A DNA stretch of 61,177 nt, the filler included, from Sphacelaria rigidula (lineage: Eukaryota), in the NCBI GenBank assembly GCA_964200075.2. It is 10 parts of 10 records of this genome, joined end to end, with 100 filler letters (N's around TTAATTAATTAA, not from the genome) between each part and the next. Parts side by side here need not be neighbours in the genome. Positions count along the whole stretch, not along the records: positions 24,513 to 30,540 come from CAXNAA020022702.1; positions 30,641 to 36,668 come from CAXNAA020022703.1; positions 36,769 to 42,796 come from CAXNAA020022704.1; 7 more parts are not named here. One strand, written 5' to 3'. Position 1 is the stretch's first letter. The number at the start of each line of letters is the position of its first letter. Below are positions 24,790 through 36,984 of the stretch, piece after piece. Both the position numbers and the translations under genes were made by a program. The notes beneath the pieces are model-generated. The model was given only the letters and a program-made list of their open reading frames with translations, searched no databases and was not told the DNA's origin.

Positions 24790-27700
24790 GCTTGAAAAAA
24801 TGGAAAAGCTTGGCAGTTCATCTGGGGACTTCTTACTCGTATAACAGTTCATGTGAGGGTTTCTGACCAGGGTTTGCCCTGGTAGAAGAGCGATTCAATG
24901 CATCTGCTGCCCAACGATACGATTCTGCCCACATCCTCGCCGGAACACCCACATCGTAGAGTACCTTCACCTGAATCTGTGCAGCCATAGCGGCTTGCTC
25001 AACCATCGTGATCGCACGCTAAGCCACACTGTTAGCCGTTGGACCGCGAGGGTAGGCCACCTGCTGAATCGGCATGAATTTAACTTGGAAAAGTATTCCT
25101 GATCTAGATAGACTACCCACATCGCGGTCTAAGGGTTAATCTCAGGACCGTCTGCTGGAGTATACTCCTGTTTGATACCGCGTGTCCTACACAGATCGCT
25201 GAAACACCCTGCACACTCTCCTCCACCGTCCGATCTCACAGCCTTCACCACCGAGGGAATGCACTTTACCCCTACATGTTTGAGCTACTGCTCAGATGCT
25301 CTTGTAGTATCCGAGTTGAGATTCCCGAAATACATCCAGATTTTTCGCGGAAAAAACATCCCGAATGAGAAACGAATACTTCATACCATCCGTACTCTCA
25401 ACGAACTTCGGACTAGACGCATCCATGAACACACGTTCAAACGGCTTGGCTACTCTTGTGTTGGTGGACGTAGGAATGGGCTTGCGCAGCCGCTTTCCCG
25501 TAGAGCACCCCTTGCACTCCTGCAAGGTGCCTACCGAAGTCACCCCCTACTGTTTTGCCGTTTCTCGCAATAAGTCCTCATGCAGGTGGCCATGAGACTT
25601 GTGAAATAGATTGATGTCCACTTGATCGAGGTTGATTGGAATCTTTCCAGGGGCGAGAACAGCACTGGTAGTCGAGGTGGTTGATGGTGAAAGTCACGTG
25701 AAAAGGGGCAACCTGGGGAAGTGTACGTAAACAATGGTTGGTACTATGGGGACGCCGCCAATTCTAACGCTAACGCTAACCCTAACCCCGATTAAGGCAC
25801 ACCGAGAACCCTCGGGCAAGGGTGTGCAGAGTGTTCCCTAGGCAAAGCGTACGTTGCCAGAGCTAAAATCGACGCCTTTCAGCTGATTTTGGACCAAAGC
25901 ACGTTCTGGACGAGCTGGGTCTACTACTCACCATTGCTCACCCGCCCAAGATCATGAATTTTCTCAGAACTTTCTTGAGTCCGAAATCAAGTAACATCGA
26001 GTACCAACCATTGTTTGCGTACATTTCCTTAGGTCTACTGCGTGAAAACCATGACACCATTTCTTCTTGAAAAACACTTCCCTACCATCAGGCGAAGCCA
26101 ATTACAGTACCTCCCTTCGTCACGCCAATCGGCAAATCATGTTCCACGGCCACGCTTTGCAGGGGAAGAAAAATCACGTCTAACTCAGGAACATGCGCTA
26201 CCCTGTTGATTCTCAAAGTCAGTTGATCATCAACGCCAACCGTTGATACCAACAGTATGTCAGAACCTGCCATAGGTACTTTATGGCCACTAGCTATCGA
26301 TACATCAGTGCGAGGCTCGTTATCATGCATGCTATGCTTATATGGAGTCATGTGGCATGTTGCTCCGCTATCAGCTATCCAAACCTCCTTGCCCCCGTCA
26401 TCTAGAATTGGGCGGTGATCTGGCACACTATCAGCTGCAGACGCGTATTCACCTGTCTCAGTCTCTATGGCAACGAACCCAAAACCTACAGAATCTTCGA
26501 AATTGCTAGATGGACATATCCCGACCATCTTGTGAAACCCTTAGAGTGCCCCTTGCCGCCGCATGCCTCAAAAATACGTTCAGGGCATACAGCTTTGAAT
26601 GACCAGTTTTTCCGCATTGTAAACATGCCGCATTTTTCTCCCCTCCAGTTTTCTGTGTGGTTGTTGGACAACTGCCGCCAGTATTACCAGTTGTATCGCC
26701 GTTACCCTGAACTTTACTCTTACTATTTGCTGTCGCGGATTTTTGCAACTTATTCCCACACCCTCTACTCTCAACCCTGGCGGCAGAACCCTTGTTCCTC
26801 GCAGAGAGCGCACGGTTGTGACCTGTACCGCGAACACTGTCGGATTTCTTCAAGGACAGAAGTTTATCCTTGACTACGGCTTGTGCTTTGTCACACAACA
26901 ACGTTAGCTCAAAACGAAGTTGATCCCGAACAGAGGTACACTCAGGAGGAAGGGGAGATAACAACTTGTCAACCACGATGTCACCCGCAATCTCAAATCC
27001 CAGTGATCGAGCACGCGGCTGTACTTACTGTAGTTGGACCCGAGACTCATCTGTACTCTGACCCTTACTGTACTTCAGGTTGTTGAACGCAGACAAAGCG
27101 TCCATATTTGCTCCTGAGTTTTCCGGGGGGGCGTTTTCCGGGGGGGAAATGTTGGTCCAAAGCACGCCATGCTATGGGCGGTGATCTTGACTCAAAAAGA
27201 AATGTGCCAACCAACACTATCCCTGACTGTGTTCATCAACAAAAGATACGCAAAACGTGCCCTCCTGACGTCGTCTGAGCTCACACACCCAATCTCAGTA
27301 ACTCCTGTCCGTTCAAAGGGTCGACACATATCAGGGGATTCATAAACAAACCCTCCCCGAAACCATTTATCGAAGTCTACTGTTTTACCTCACGCTTGAA
27401 AACCAACCACGCGTGGCCTCTGTTGATTTTGAATGGCCGAATACTCCTCGCTTCCAATGTCCTGCTATCTACAGTCGCGAGTAATAATGAGCCTTGTGTA
27501 TCTACTTGATCTCGCACATCAAGATCCGAGTTTTCTGTGTTGTTAGGGAAACCTTACCTTGTCAGCATTCGTAACGAGGTATCAGGGGCGTGAATACCTG
27601 TTGAGCTCCAGCGTGTTTCTCCCGCCTCTTCTCCTGGATGTCCGGATCGTACACCGGACCACCCGCCAAGTGATGTTTCTCTTGCTCTAAAGTCCATCGG

Positions 27701-28417
27701 AGCAGCTTCTGGTTGTCGTGGCTCTCTACCCTACATCCCGGAAGTCCTTCTTGTTCTACTAGCTTTCCTTTCAGTACAACTCTCAGAATCTTCAGGCGAC
27801 ATCATTGCCGCCTGAGAAGGAACCTCCTGCTCTCCAACAGTATCCCTTTTATTTCCTGCACCGCTCATGGTACAGCCTGTCTAACGTACTAGCCCTGGTC
27901 TATCGTAAGTACTCACGGTTGCGGTTCGATATACTCCGAGCACACACTGGTTCACGCAGCACCGACTGCTTAACCAAACGTACAGGCAATCCCGCAGAAC
28001 TCTTGAGATTGAAGTCGATCAGACAGAGATGTATTGCTGTTTTTGATTATTACGTTGGATGCCACGAGTAGAGGGGACACAACACACACACTGACCACAG
28101 AGAGGCGAGAGGTGAGGGGATGCACCTCCATCAGCCCCCTCCGCACCCTACGACAAATATCCCTTATTTCATCAATCCGAGAACGCACAGCCCACCTCGA
28201 GACAACCTTCCGTACTTTCTATCCGGCTGAAGCGTACAGTACAACGCAAGAGAACTCTGCGTTCCTTCCTAATCGATTTGGAAACGAAGTAAGAAAACAC
28301 GTGGAAGAACGTTACGAAGATCAATCTGAACGCCCCCTGCATGTTCCTCCAACGATCACGGAACAGCACTTTGAAGCCTACACCATTCCCATCAGTGACA
28401 CTATCACATGATCAACA
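24790..28417 (-). mobile_element. 5' half of a degenerate Ty1/Copia element (LTR, gag, protease, integrase)
   Basis: Zn-knuckles CLQCGKTGH and CGGKGH, protease VWIADSGATCHMT (about 26340-26380), and integrase CKGCSTGK...PFERVFMD, VRSDGGGE, GIKQEYTPAD. A probable 5' LTR starts at TGTTGAT (28417); its limits are approximate. Confidence 0.88.
25711..26034. mobile_element. About 324-bp TIR element (MITE) with internal telomere-like repeats, inserted in the Copia pol
   Basis: 35-bp TIRs ACCTGGGGAAGTGTACGTAAACAATGGTTGGTACT and AGTACCAACCATTGTTTGCGTACATTTCCTTAGGT. Internal CTAACG/CTAACC units at about 25764-25788. TSD unresolved. Confidence 0.8.
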
Positions 28418-28554
28418 GAGAAAGCGACAGCACATGTCTGCCAGAGTGACAAGACCCGAGAGCGCGCCTGCTGAGAGTACACTAGTAGGAGCAAGTTTGG
28501 CTGCTGCTAGTCCTGCTGTTGAAGGGGAAGAGAAGGCTACAGGGGGTGTTATCC

Positions 28555-29010
28555 GCGTGACGCGGGCGAGCAGAGCGAGCTTGGGGCTTGCGATGCTCAT
28601 GGTGAATCTATCTACTACAGTGATACGACGGAGATCGTTCAGATTATTCGCAAGGGTGACTGGCTGAAGATGTGGATGCCGGGTTGGCGGAGTTGCCCCT
28701 GGACCAGCGTGTAGCTGAGGACACGCCTTGCATGCTCGGAGCAGCAGGAGGGTGTTTTCTGCGTGACGCGAGCGAGCAGCGCGATGTTGGGGCTTGCGAT
28801 ACTCATGGCGAATCCATCTGCTCCAGCGATACCGCGGGAGATTGTTGAGATGATTCATAGGGGTGTTTATTCGATGGAGAAGTGGATGCCGTGTTGCGGA
28901 TGTGGATTCGCTGGACCGAGTTTTGGTCGATGACCAGTGCAGCAGGGGAGTGCGAACCGCGTGAAGCGGGTAGGCAGAGCGAGCTTTAGGTTTGTGATGC
29001 TATCAGCGAT
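28555..29010. repeat. Diverged tandem repeat, about 200-bp period, 2 full copies and 1 partial
   Basis: GCAGAGCGAGCTTGGGGCTTGCGATGCTCATGG-like starts at about 28570, 28777 and 28974. Confidence 0.7.
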
Positions 29011-30159
29011 CACAATTACCACGGCAACGTCGAGGGTTGCGTGATGCTGGGTGGTCGTACGCATTGCTGTTTACATGGACAGCTTCGGCGTGTTGGCGGT
29101 GATGACGGAGATGTCTCTGCCTTTGTGTCGTCAGGTAGTTGAAGAGAGAGGTGAAATGCCATCGGAAGGTGCTGCTGTGCGCGATCGCGTGGCTGTTCCC
29201 CCTTCGCCTCTCGCTACTTCCGTAAAACTGACTGAGCAGCAAATGTTCTCTAATGCTCAAAGTATCTGTGAGGGTAGATGGCTTCTCGCATTGGTTTGGC
29301 GGTGCGGGTACACCGCTTGGTGGCGAGCTGAGCGGTACTGTGGGGGGGAAGGCTGCAACTGAACCGATGGTGCGAGAAGCGAGTGTTCGAGTGGAGACTT
29401 GCCCTATGGTGTGCACGAGGTTGGGGTTCGAGTCCTACTGCTTTTCAGGAGAGGGCTGGAGGACTACAGCTTGATGTGAAACACACTATGACTGGTGTTC
29501 TTGAATCGTTCTGTAGACGACTACAGCTTCTTGTGGTGTAGTTTATCGTCATCTTTGTGCTGCTGTTTGCGCATGAAGCATGTTGGTAATGCGAGTATGA
29601 TCATAATGCGTGTCCCGGGTGAAATACTTGCGTGCACGTGTGGGCTTGGGGTCTGCGAGTTATCATGCTCTGGTTATCACGCATGATTGCACAGTGGTTT
29701 CGCGAGGAAGGTCGCATTGATGTGCTGGGTGACATGTTGGCATTCATGCATGGATTATTTGCTACGACATTCTCCTGATGTGCATGGTGTCTGGCAAAGG
29801 TTCAGGACATGGCAGTTTTTGATGTACTCTTGTATGCTGGATGAGGTAAAGCTTGTGTATTACTCTTTGCACAAAACCACGGCGGAATTATATGCATGTG
29901 GTTTGCACGTACTGGCTGTAAGGTTGTAATTGAAAACAGGAAACAGTTGCTCAGCTTTAGGTCCTATATCACAGGCGCTGACAGTCAGCCAGATATATCG
30001 TTCCGAAACGAGGTCTGGCGCTTGAGCGGTCAAGATATCACGGTTTGGACGAATAAAATCGTGATTCGACTGATAATTAACATTTGGACGAACTAATCAT
30101 AAGATTCGTACACAAGTTGTGGTTTGTTCATGTTTTAAGTGAACGATTTGTTCGACTCC

Positions 30160-30490
30160 CCCTGGAGTGTACACATTCCCAGTTCGTGATTGTACGATAC
30201 ACCGTCGCAGGCACACCTTTCCTGCCTTCCATTGGTATGGTGTGACCCATACGCACATGTTTCCCAATTTCCACTGATATGGCATGAATCATAGGCACAC
30301 GTTCCCCACCTTCGAATCATGCGAGGTGAATCATCGGCACATGTTTCTCCCCTTTCATCCATGCCGTATGAATCGAGGGTACGTGTTCCCCCAAGTTCCA
30401 TTCATGCAGCACGAATCATACGTACATACGTGCCACCTTCCATTTACACGAGATGGATCAGGTGTACGTGTTTCCCACTTTTCATCAACC
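30160..30490. repeat. Diverged minisatellite, about 42-bp unit, about 8 copies
   Basis: The motif TGAATCATAGGCACAYGTTTCCC..TTCC recurs. Confidence 0.75.
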
Positions 30491-31415
30491 CTTTGGGAAC
30501 CCTCCCCGCCCGTCCCCGGGCCAGACGCCTCATTATGAGANNNNNNNNNNNNNNNNNNNNNNNNNNNNNNNNNNNNNNNNNNNNTTAATTAATTAANNNN
30601 NNNNNNNNNNNNNNNNNNNNNNNNNNNNNNNNNNNNNNNNACTCCAAATTTTCAACAACAAATGGCCCAAAATACCCCCCCCCCCTATCGTAGGATGACT
30701 CGGACCCTGTTATGAAGTTTGCGCAGGCGCCACAACAGCACAAATCTGGCACTGGGTACACGCATTGCACCGTTGCGCAACAGACAGCTGATACCATCAA
30801 TCACCGAGGATACAGGAGCTCCTTGTCAGTTTGTTTGTCCCAACCTGCACGCACCCGCCTTGCGTGTCTTCCCCCATCACAGCACTCAACAATAACTGAA
30901 GTACCGGAGCTCGAAGACGAAACAGGCAGCTGCATAGTCGTCACGTGTGATGCCACCCTTATTTTGTGCGACATGAAACAGAGCATGCAGCAGTACAACT
31001 GCTCACGCACTCTCCAGCGCACATCGTACCGTGGTCGCCGTAAAGAGCTCAGATGCACTACAGCACGGCGACAACTACAGCATAGAGATGACGGGTTTGG
31101 GCAGCGCCGTGGTCGTTTGACTCCATGGCGATTTGGGGGGTGTAACAAACGGTACTTACCCGTAGAAAATCCGCCACTCTGCGGACCGAACTGAGGTCTT
31201 CATTTCATCCTGCAAACTTGATGCTGAGTGAGTGCGTATGCCTCTCCTACTCTCTCGGACAATGGTCAACATGTCTCATATGCACAGTCATGCATTGGTT
31301 AGGCGTGCAAAGTAGCCTCTAGATGGGTTGCATTGTGTACGCAAGGCATCCTAGGACTCTCTAATATAGCTTACAACGGCCACACTAGTAGCGGGAGCAT
31401 TCGGCCCGGTTTGTC

Positions 31416-31754
31416 ATGGCTGGCTTTAGCCTTGTTTCGCGTGCGCAATACAGTACTTGCTTTCTTTTCGCAGGAAACGTTTACCTAAAGGCGCATACTT
31501 CTGGTACAAGGCGCAGGACTCCCTCTGGTGGTTGGGCAAGATTCACTTACCAGTCCCCGACTCCGACAACTCCTACAACATCCGCTTCCTTGATGACCCC
31601 GGCCCCCCTTAAGCTCATTTTAGACGATGCTTACTACACTGAAGCGTCGTCTGCTCGCCGCGGGTCCTGGTGTCTCCAGCGTCATAATGATGGCAACATA
31701 GACGACGCAATTCTCCGGAATACCGGCAATTCATGGAAGGAAGAGGAGCCTTAA
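31416..31754 (+). pseudogene. Frameshifted coding relic with a Tudor-like beta-barrel motif, probably the 3' end of a retrotransposon pol
   Basis: The frame from 31481 reads LPKGAYFWYKAQDSLWWLGKIHLPVPDSDNSYNIRFLDDPG. After a shift in a C-run (31603-31608) it continues PLKLILDDAYYTEASSARRGSWCLQRH. Confidence 0.5.
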
Positions 31755-31829
31755 TGCATTCTGTCCTATTGCCCCCGTACGGCGTCGCCTAGCTGCTTCC
31801 ACATCATGGCGGCAACCCCCCTTTTTTGC

Positions 31830-31983
31830 TGTTGTGTGTATGTGGGTGTATGTGTGCGTATGCGCCCATGTGTGTATGCGTGTATACGTGTATGTGTTTG
31901 TGGGTATATGTGTGTGTATGCGCATATGTGTGTATGCGTGCATGCGCGTATGTGTTTATGTGTGTATGTGTGTGTATGTGTGA
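31830..31983. repeat. Imperfect (TG)n/(TA) microsatellite
   Basis: Visible run. Confidence 0.95.
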
Positions 31984-32577
31984 ATGGTCGCGTCGCCATG
32001 CCGTGTTGGAGCTGCCCCGCATGTTGGAGGTCGAGTTATTACAGTCCTGGAACTGTGGTGCCTTTGTTCGAAGCATTTATGTACTGAGACAAGGTGATCC
32101 AACCGCATTGCAACGAACGTTTTTTTTCCGTTTCGACAATTAGCTCGACCAACTGTCAAAGCCCGCCGTACGGTATTTGTGAAGACCCTACATTGAGATT
32201 TTACACCCAACAACCCACCTGAAATGGGTGAACTGGTAAATTGCTTGAGGGCGTGTGCGTGTTCATCGTATGGAGTTGTGACTTGCGCATATTCCGCAGT
32301 TTCACCCTCCCGTCCTCGTTTGAATCGACATTCCTGGAGAACTGAGACCACGTTGTAGTCCTTCCCTCCACTGTCGCCATCCATTCTGTACCGAGGTAAT
32401 CACTGCAGTTGCTCCTTGCTAGTTGTGAGGATCTCAGCCACCTTCTTCTCTTATTCATTGTTTTGGTTTTTCTTGTTTTTGTTCCTGCGTCTCTCCGACA
32501 TTCACCGAAGCCACCGACACAGGCGATTCTAGTGGCCTGCTGGACCCGAGATGACCCGTCCCTTCTTTTCAGCCCAA

Positions 32578-33140
32578 AATTTGCGAAAACGGATGACCGT
32601 TACCCCAAGGACTTCCTTAGTAAATGCTACTTAAAGGTATCGCCCGTGTGTTCGACATTTGCGTAAACGGATGACCGATACCCCAGGGCTTCCTCAGAAA
32701 ATTGTCATGTGTGCGTGTCCATTATGCTTTTTGTTTTTTCTCGTCGTTTGCTTCTTGTTTTTTCTCGCTTTTGTTCCTACGTCTCCACGACCTTTCACTC
32801 CCTCGTGAATCGTTGGATCCGAGACACCCCGTCTCTTCTCCTCAACCCAACCTTTGCGAAAACGAATGACCGATACCCCAACGGCTTCCTCGGTGAGTAT
32901 TACTTCATATAACCGGCTGTATGTTCGACATTTGCGCCAACGGGTGACCGAGACCCCAACGGCTTCCTCAGTGAGTATTACTTCATATAACCGGCTGTAT
33001 GTTCGACATTTGCGCCAACGGATGACCGATACCCCAACGGCTTCCTCAGCAAATTGTCACGTGTGTTTGGATGTGACAACTCTGGATTTTGCTTTTCGGC
33101 GTGTGCGAAAACGGATGACCGATACCTCGGGCTTCCTCAG
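32578..33140. repeat. Tandem repeat, about 78-bp unit, about 6 copies with interruptions
   Basis: TTTGCG..AACGGATGACCGATACCCCAACGGCTTCCTCAG recurs at about 32580, 32658, 32853, 32930, 33009 and 33104. Confidence 0.88.
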
Positions 33141-33238
33141 TACGCGTCGCGCAGCGATTATCGGCGCACGGTCTTGGATCTTCAACCGGCCACTATCGCC
33201 GCTCCTAGACCCTATACCGTTAGCTATCTCGTCAGTCT

Positions 33239-33500
33239 TGTGACGAAGTCATGCCGTCACGTTGAGTATATAGTGATGATATGGATGATGACTTGGGATC
33301 TGTAGTGATGACAGGGATGATGGCATGGACACAAGGGTGATACCCTGATGTGGGTTATGGAGCGTATGTGCCTGGGTGGCACTCCAGGATAATAAAAGGT
33401 GCTGTGAAGGCTAACAACTGAAACCTGAGGCCAGTGGAACTGGGGAGTCCCTCAACAGCATTATTAGACGCTGCAGTACTAGCAACCTGCTGGCGTCACA
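33239..33500 (+). repeat. 5' LTR of Ty3/Gypsy copy 1 (262 bp)
   Basis: Inverted termini TGTGACG...CGTCACA; homologous to 39124-39379. Confidence 0.88.
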
Positions 33501-33770
33501 ATTTCGATATTAGTGCTAGTCGTGCTAGTAGTGCTATCGTTAGTGACTGCTGGAATTTTTCAGTAGAGAGGAGTCGGGACAGCTTCGGTCATACTGCTTC
33601 ACGGACGCATGAGGAGGGTTCAAGCTGAGATAGCTGCAAAGGCGGCTGGCCCGTGATTGATAGCAGCGGGAGTTTATAGGACCCCACGGCTGTGTGGTGC
33701 GGCGACGAAGGCAGGTGTGAATTGTGGAGTTCGAGAAGGTTCAGAAGCCGTCGATCAGGTCCGCTCGGAA

Positions 33771-36668
33771 ATGTCGACTACGGAGGTACCGACCGAAGAG
33801 CCAGCGGAGACGATTGTAACCCCAGTTGTTCTGAGAGAAGAGTTGCGGCCTCCCAATTACGGGAATTTGTATTCTGAGTGTGCTTCTCGTTCGTTTTATA
33901 CGAAATATGTGGAATACAAGAAGCGGGTGGAGCATGCGAATGCGGGGGGTGCGTTCAGGCATCAGGTTGTATCCATGGCGCGACTCGTGCCTACCCCCCT
34001 CTAACGCGTTTTTGCGCGAGGATTACACGAGAAGAACACAATAACGCCGCTACAATTGGCTGCAGCGATCAAGAAGCATGCAGGGCATGCGGCGGGCGCT
34101 GAGGTAGAGCTAACCCAGGCGTCCGCGGCCGTGGCGAAGGCTGTCGCCACGAACCACAAGGGGGAGACCATGCGTGAGAGGGTGGAGCCAATCACGGGAA
34201 AGTTGGAGACATATTTTTTCCGAAAACCCCAACGTTGAGATGGTATATCGTTCCTCCGATGGGAAATTCCGTCCAGGGCCCGCTGCGGTGATCACGAAAG
34301 CGATGGTGGAGGGTCTGGCACCGGCGGAATTCAAACAGGCCGTGCTTGTGCAATTGCAGCACGAAACCGATTGGAAGTCAGACCCGTACTTAGTTATGGA
34401 TACCGTGGTGGCTGAGGCTCAGGCATGGCGGAAGATTGAAGTATTCGGGAAATCATCCACTTCGTCGCCGCAGGCATTGATCTCGCGTAACCGCGGATCA
34501 AAATCCGCAGGCAGTGCCGCCGCCAACATCACTTGCTTTCAGTGTGGTCAAGTAGGCCACTACGCACGCAAGTGCCCAACGCCTTCCGAGGGGGAGTCTG
34601 GGCAGACAAGTGCCGCGCGCCCTCGCCATCACAAAGGAGGAAAAGGTAATCGGGGTGGTGCCGGAGGCGGATCCTCCAGCGGTGGAGGGGTGCAGTCGAG
34701 TTCCCAGCGGCAGCAGCAGCAGCAGGGGCAGCGGCGTCAGGAGGGGTCCGGTTCTGGGTCCGGCTCAGCCATAGGGGCTGCTGCTCCGCAACGGGCGGTG
34801 CAGGTGGGAACGACCACTCAAGTGTCGGGCTTGATGCCGGTCCCGCCGGCAGCAGAGCAAGGCGAGACGCCTGCTGCTGAGCCGGCCGGATTTCAGCTGA
34901 AATTTGGATCCGACGTTGGGTCAGCCGGAGTACCGCTGCAATTTGGTTCTGTGGGCGGGGCTTCGTACCCGCCGGCGGTGCCGGTTACCCCAGCGGGGGC
35001 GTCTATGCCTGCGCCGCACGCGCAGCCGTGGCGCCAAGTGGGGATCACGACAAATCAGTCGCCGGAGCAGGTGCCGGTCGAGTATCAAGAAAAGCGTATG
35101 CCTGCAGAGTTATATCTCCCAAATCAACGGGCGCGGGGAGCCATATCGGTCAACGCTGTGTTGGATTCAGGCGCCCATTTCACGAGCGTGTCAGTGCTGA
35201 TTGTGGGGAAGCTGGAGCGTCCACTTCCTGGTGAGCAAATCCGCATCCCGTTCTCGCTCCGGGCGCGGCAGGCCATCACCGCATCGGGGCAACGTGTAAA
35301 TGTCACGGAGCGTACGATTCCCCCTCAGTTGGCGTTCAGGACGACCTGGGGGCCAGCGAAATTATCCCCGATATCGTTTGCGATCATGCCGGGGACGGAT
35401 GGTGTCGTTCTGTTGGGCTTACCGACGCGTCGGGAACTCGGAGTCGATCCGTATGATCGGCTGTTAGAGTCCCTAAGAACGCAAATGCCGTCGCCCGATT
35501 CGAGTGTCGAGACGCCTGCTTTTTTGGCTAGTCGCAGAGTGAGCTTGTTGGTTGATGCTCTCCAGGAGGTGGGAGGGCGAGTGTCCGAGGAGCGTGATGA
35601 GGCGGTGGAACGCTTGGTGGAGCGTGGCTCCGATATCTTTATGGAGCCGACAGAAGAGGAGTCCGCGCGAATGGCTGCGCTGGAGGAAAGCGTGACGGAT
35701 GCTGTGGCAAATGGCCTCGGAGTCTCAAAAGCGGAGCGCTTGCGTGGCATATTGTATCGCCACGTTAACGCGTTTCGTCGTGCGCTGAGGGGTGATCCCC
35801 CTGCGCGCGTAGAACCCACGAAGGTTACACTGAAGCCAGGGGCGGCCGCGGTGAAGGCAAAACCGAGAAGGTATGATCCGGTAAAGTCCAGTTGGTTAGC
35901 TTCTTGCATGGGAGCTCTTGCGGCGTTTGGGTTGGTGTTCAGGAATCTACAGGCGGCGTGGTCCAGTCCAGCGATGGTGGTGCCGAAGAAGGACTCTTTC
36001 CATCTTGCTAGTGATTACGGAGACGTCAATTTTCAGGTGGAGAAGTCGACGGGTGTCATGCCCAATCAGGAATCCGACATGATAGACCTGTCGAGCGCGC
36101 GATGCTTCGGTAAGCTGAACCTCCTACAGGGGTACTGGCAGATGCCGTTGGCCGAAGAGGCGCAAGAGATATTCACCATCACGACTCCGTTTGGCATGTT
36201 TACCCCGCAACGAGTACCGCAAGGCGTGTTGAATGCTACTTCCTATTTTCAAGGTGTCATGGTAGACTTTTTAGATGGCTTGAAATGCAAGATCTGGGTG
36301 GATGATGTCTTTTTCTTCGCGGATACGGAAGACGAACTGTTGGATACGCTTGATGCAATCTTGGCTCGCTTAGAGAGTGTTGGTCTTCTTGCAGCTGCCC
36401 ACAAGTGTACATTTTTTGCTAGTGAACTAGTGTGGTGTGGGAAAGTATATTCACACGGTCGCGTCTCGCATGACCCGGTCCGCTTGGAAGGGTTGTCTGA
36501 TATGCGGCGTCCAGAAACAGCCGCAGAACTAATGCAATTCCTGCACGCAATGAACTGGTTGCGTACCTCGTTGCCACGTATGGCTGAAGAAGTGGCGCCC
36601 TTACGCATTTTTCTAGAAGAACTCATGGTGGGGGCAGCCAGGCGCACGAAGAGGATGGAAAAAAATCG
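33771..36668 (+). pseudogene. Ty3/Gypsy gag-pol of copy 1 (gag, CCHC knuckle, aspartic protease, RT), cut by contig end
   Basis: Motifs CFQCGQVGHYARKC, VLDSGAHFT, WSSPAMVVPKKD, LLQGYWQ, RVPQGVLNA and KIWVDD. There is a stop at 34002-34004 and a frameshift near 34215. The first catalytic Asp reads Asn (KLNLLQGY). Confidence 0.93.
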
Positions 36669-36768
36669 NNNNNNNNNNNNNNNNNNNNNNNNNNNNNNNN
36701 NNNNNNNNNNNNTTAATTAATTAANNNNNNNNNNNNNNNNNNNNNNNNNNNNNNNNNNNNNNNNNNNN

Positions 36769-36981
36769 AGGCTTGCACTCAACCACCCAGCGCGAAGCGC
36801 CGTGGTGTGTACGGCGAGTCGCATGAAGGATGGGCTGCATCCTGCTAGGATTATTCGGCCCGAAGCCTACTGATTATCTTGCCTTCGGATGACAGCCAAC
36901 AATGAGTTGCTTTATTCCATGGTATCGCCACTTCCAGGGACAGCCACGGCTTTTACACTGCCTCATGGGTGTCTAACCAGT
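36769..36981 (-). mobile_element. 5' portion of SINE-like family A
   Basis: Colinear with 53745-53957 (GCATCCTGC.A.GATTATTCGGCCCGAAGC.TACTG...CAGCCACGGCTTT.ACACTGCC.CATGGGTGTCT.ACCA). Confidence 0.85.
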
Positions 36982-36984
36982 ACA

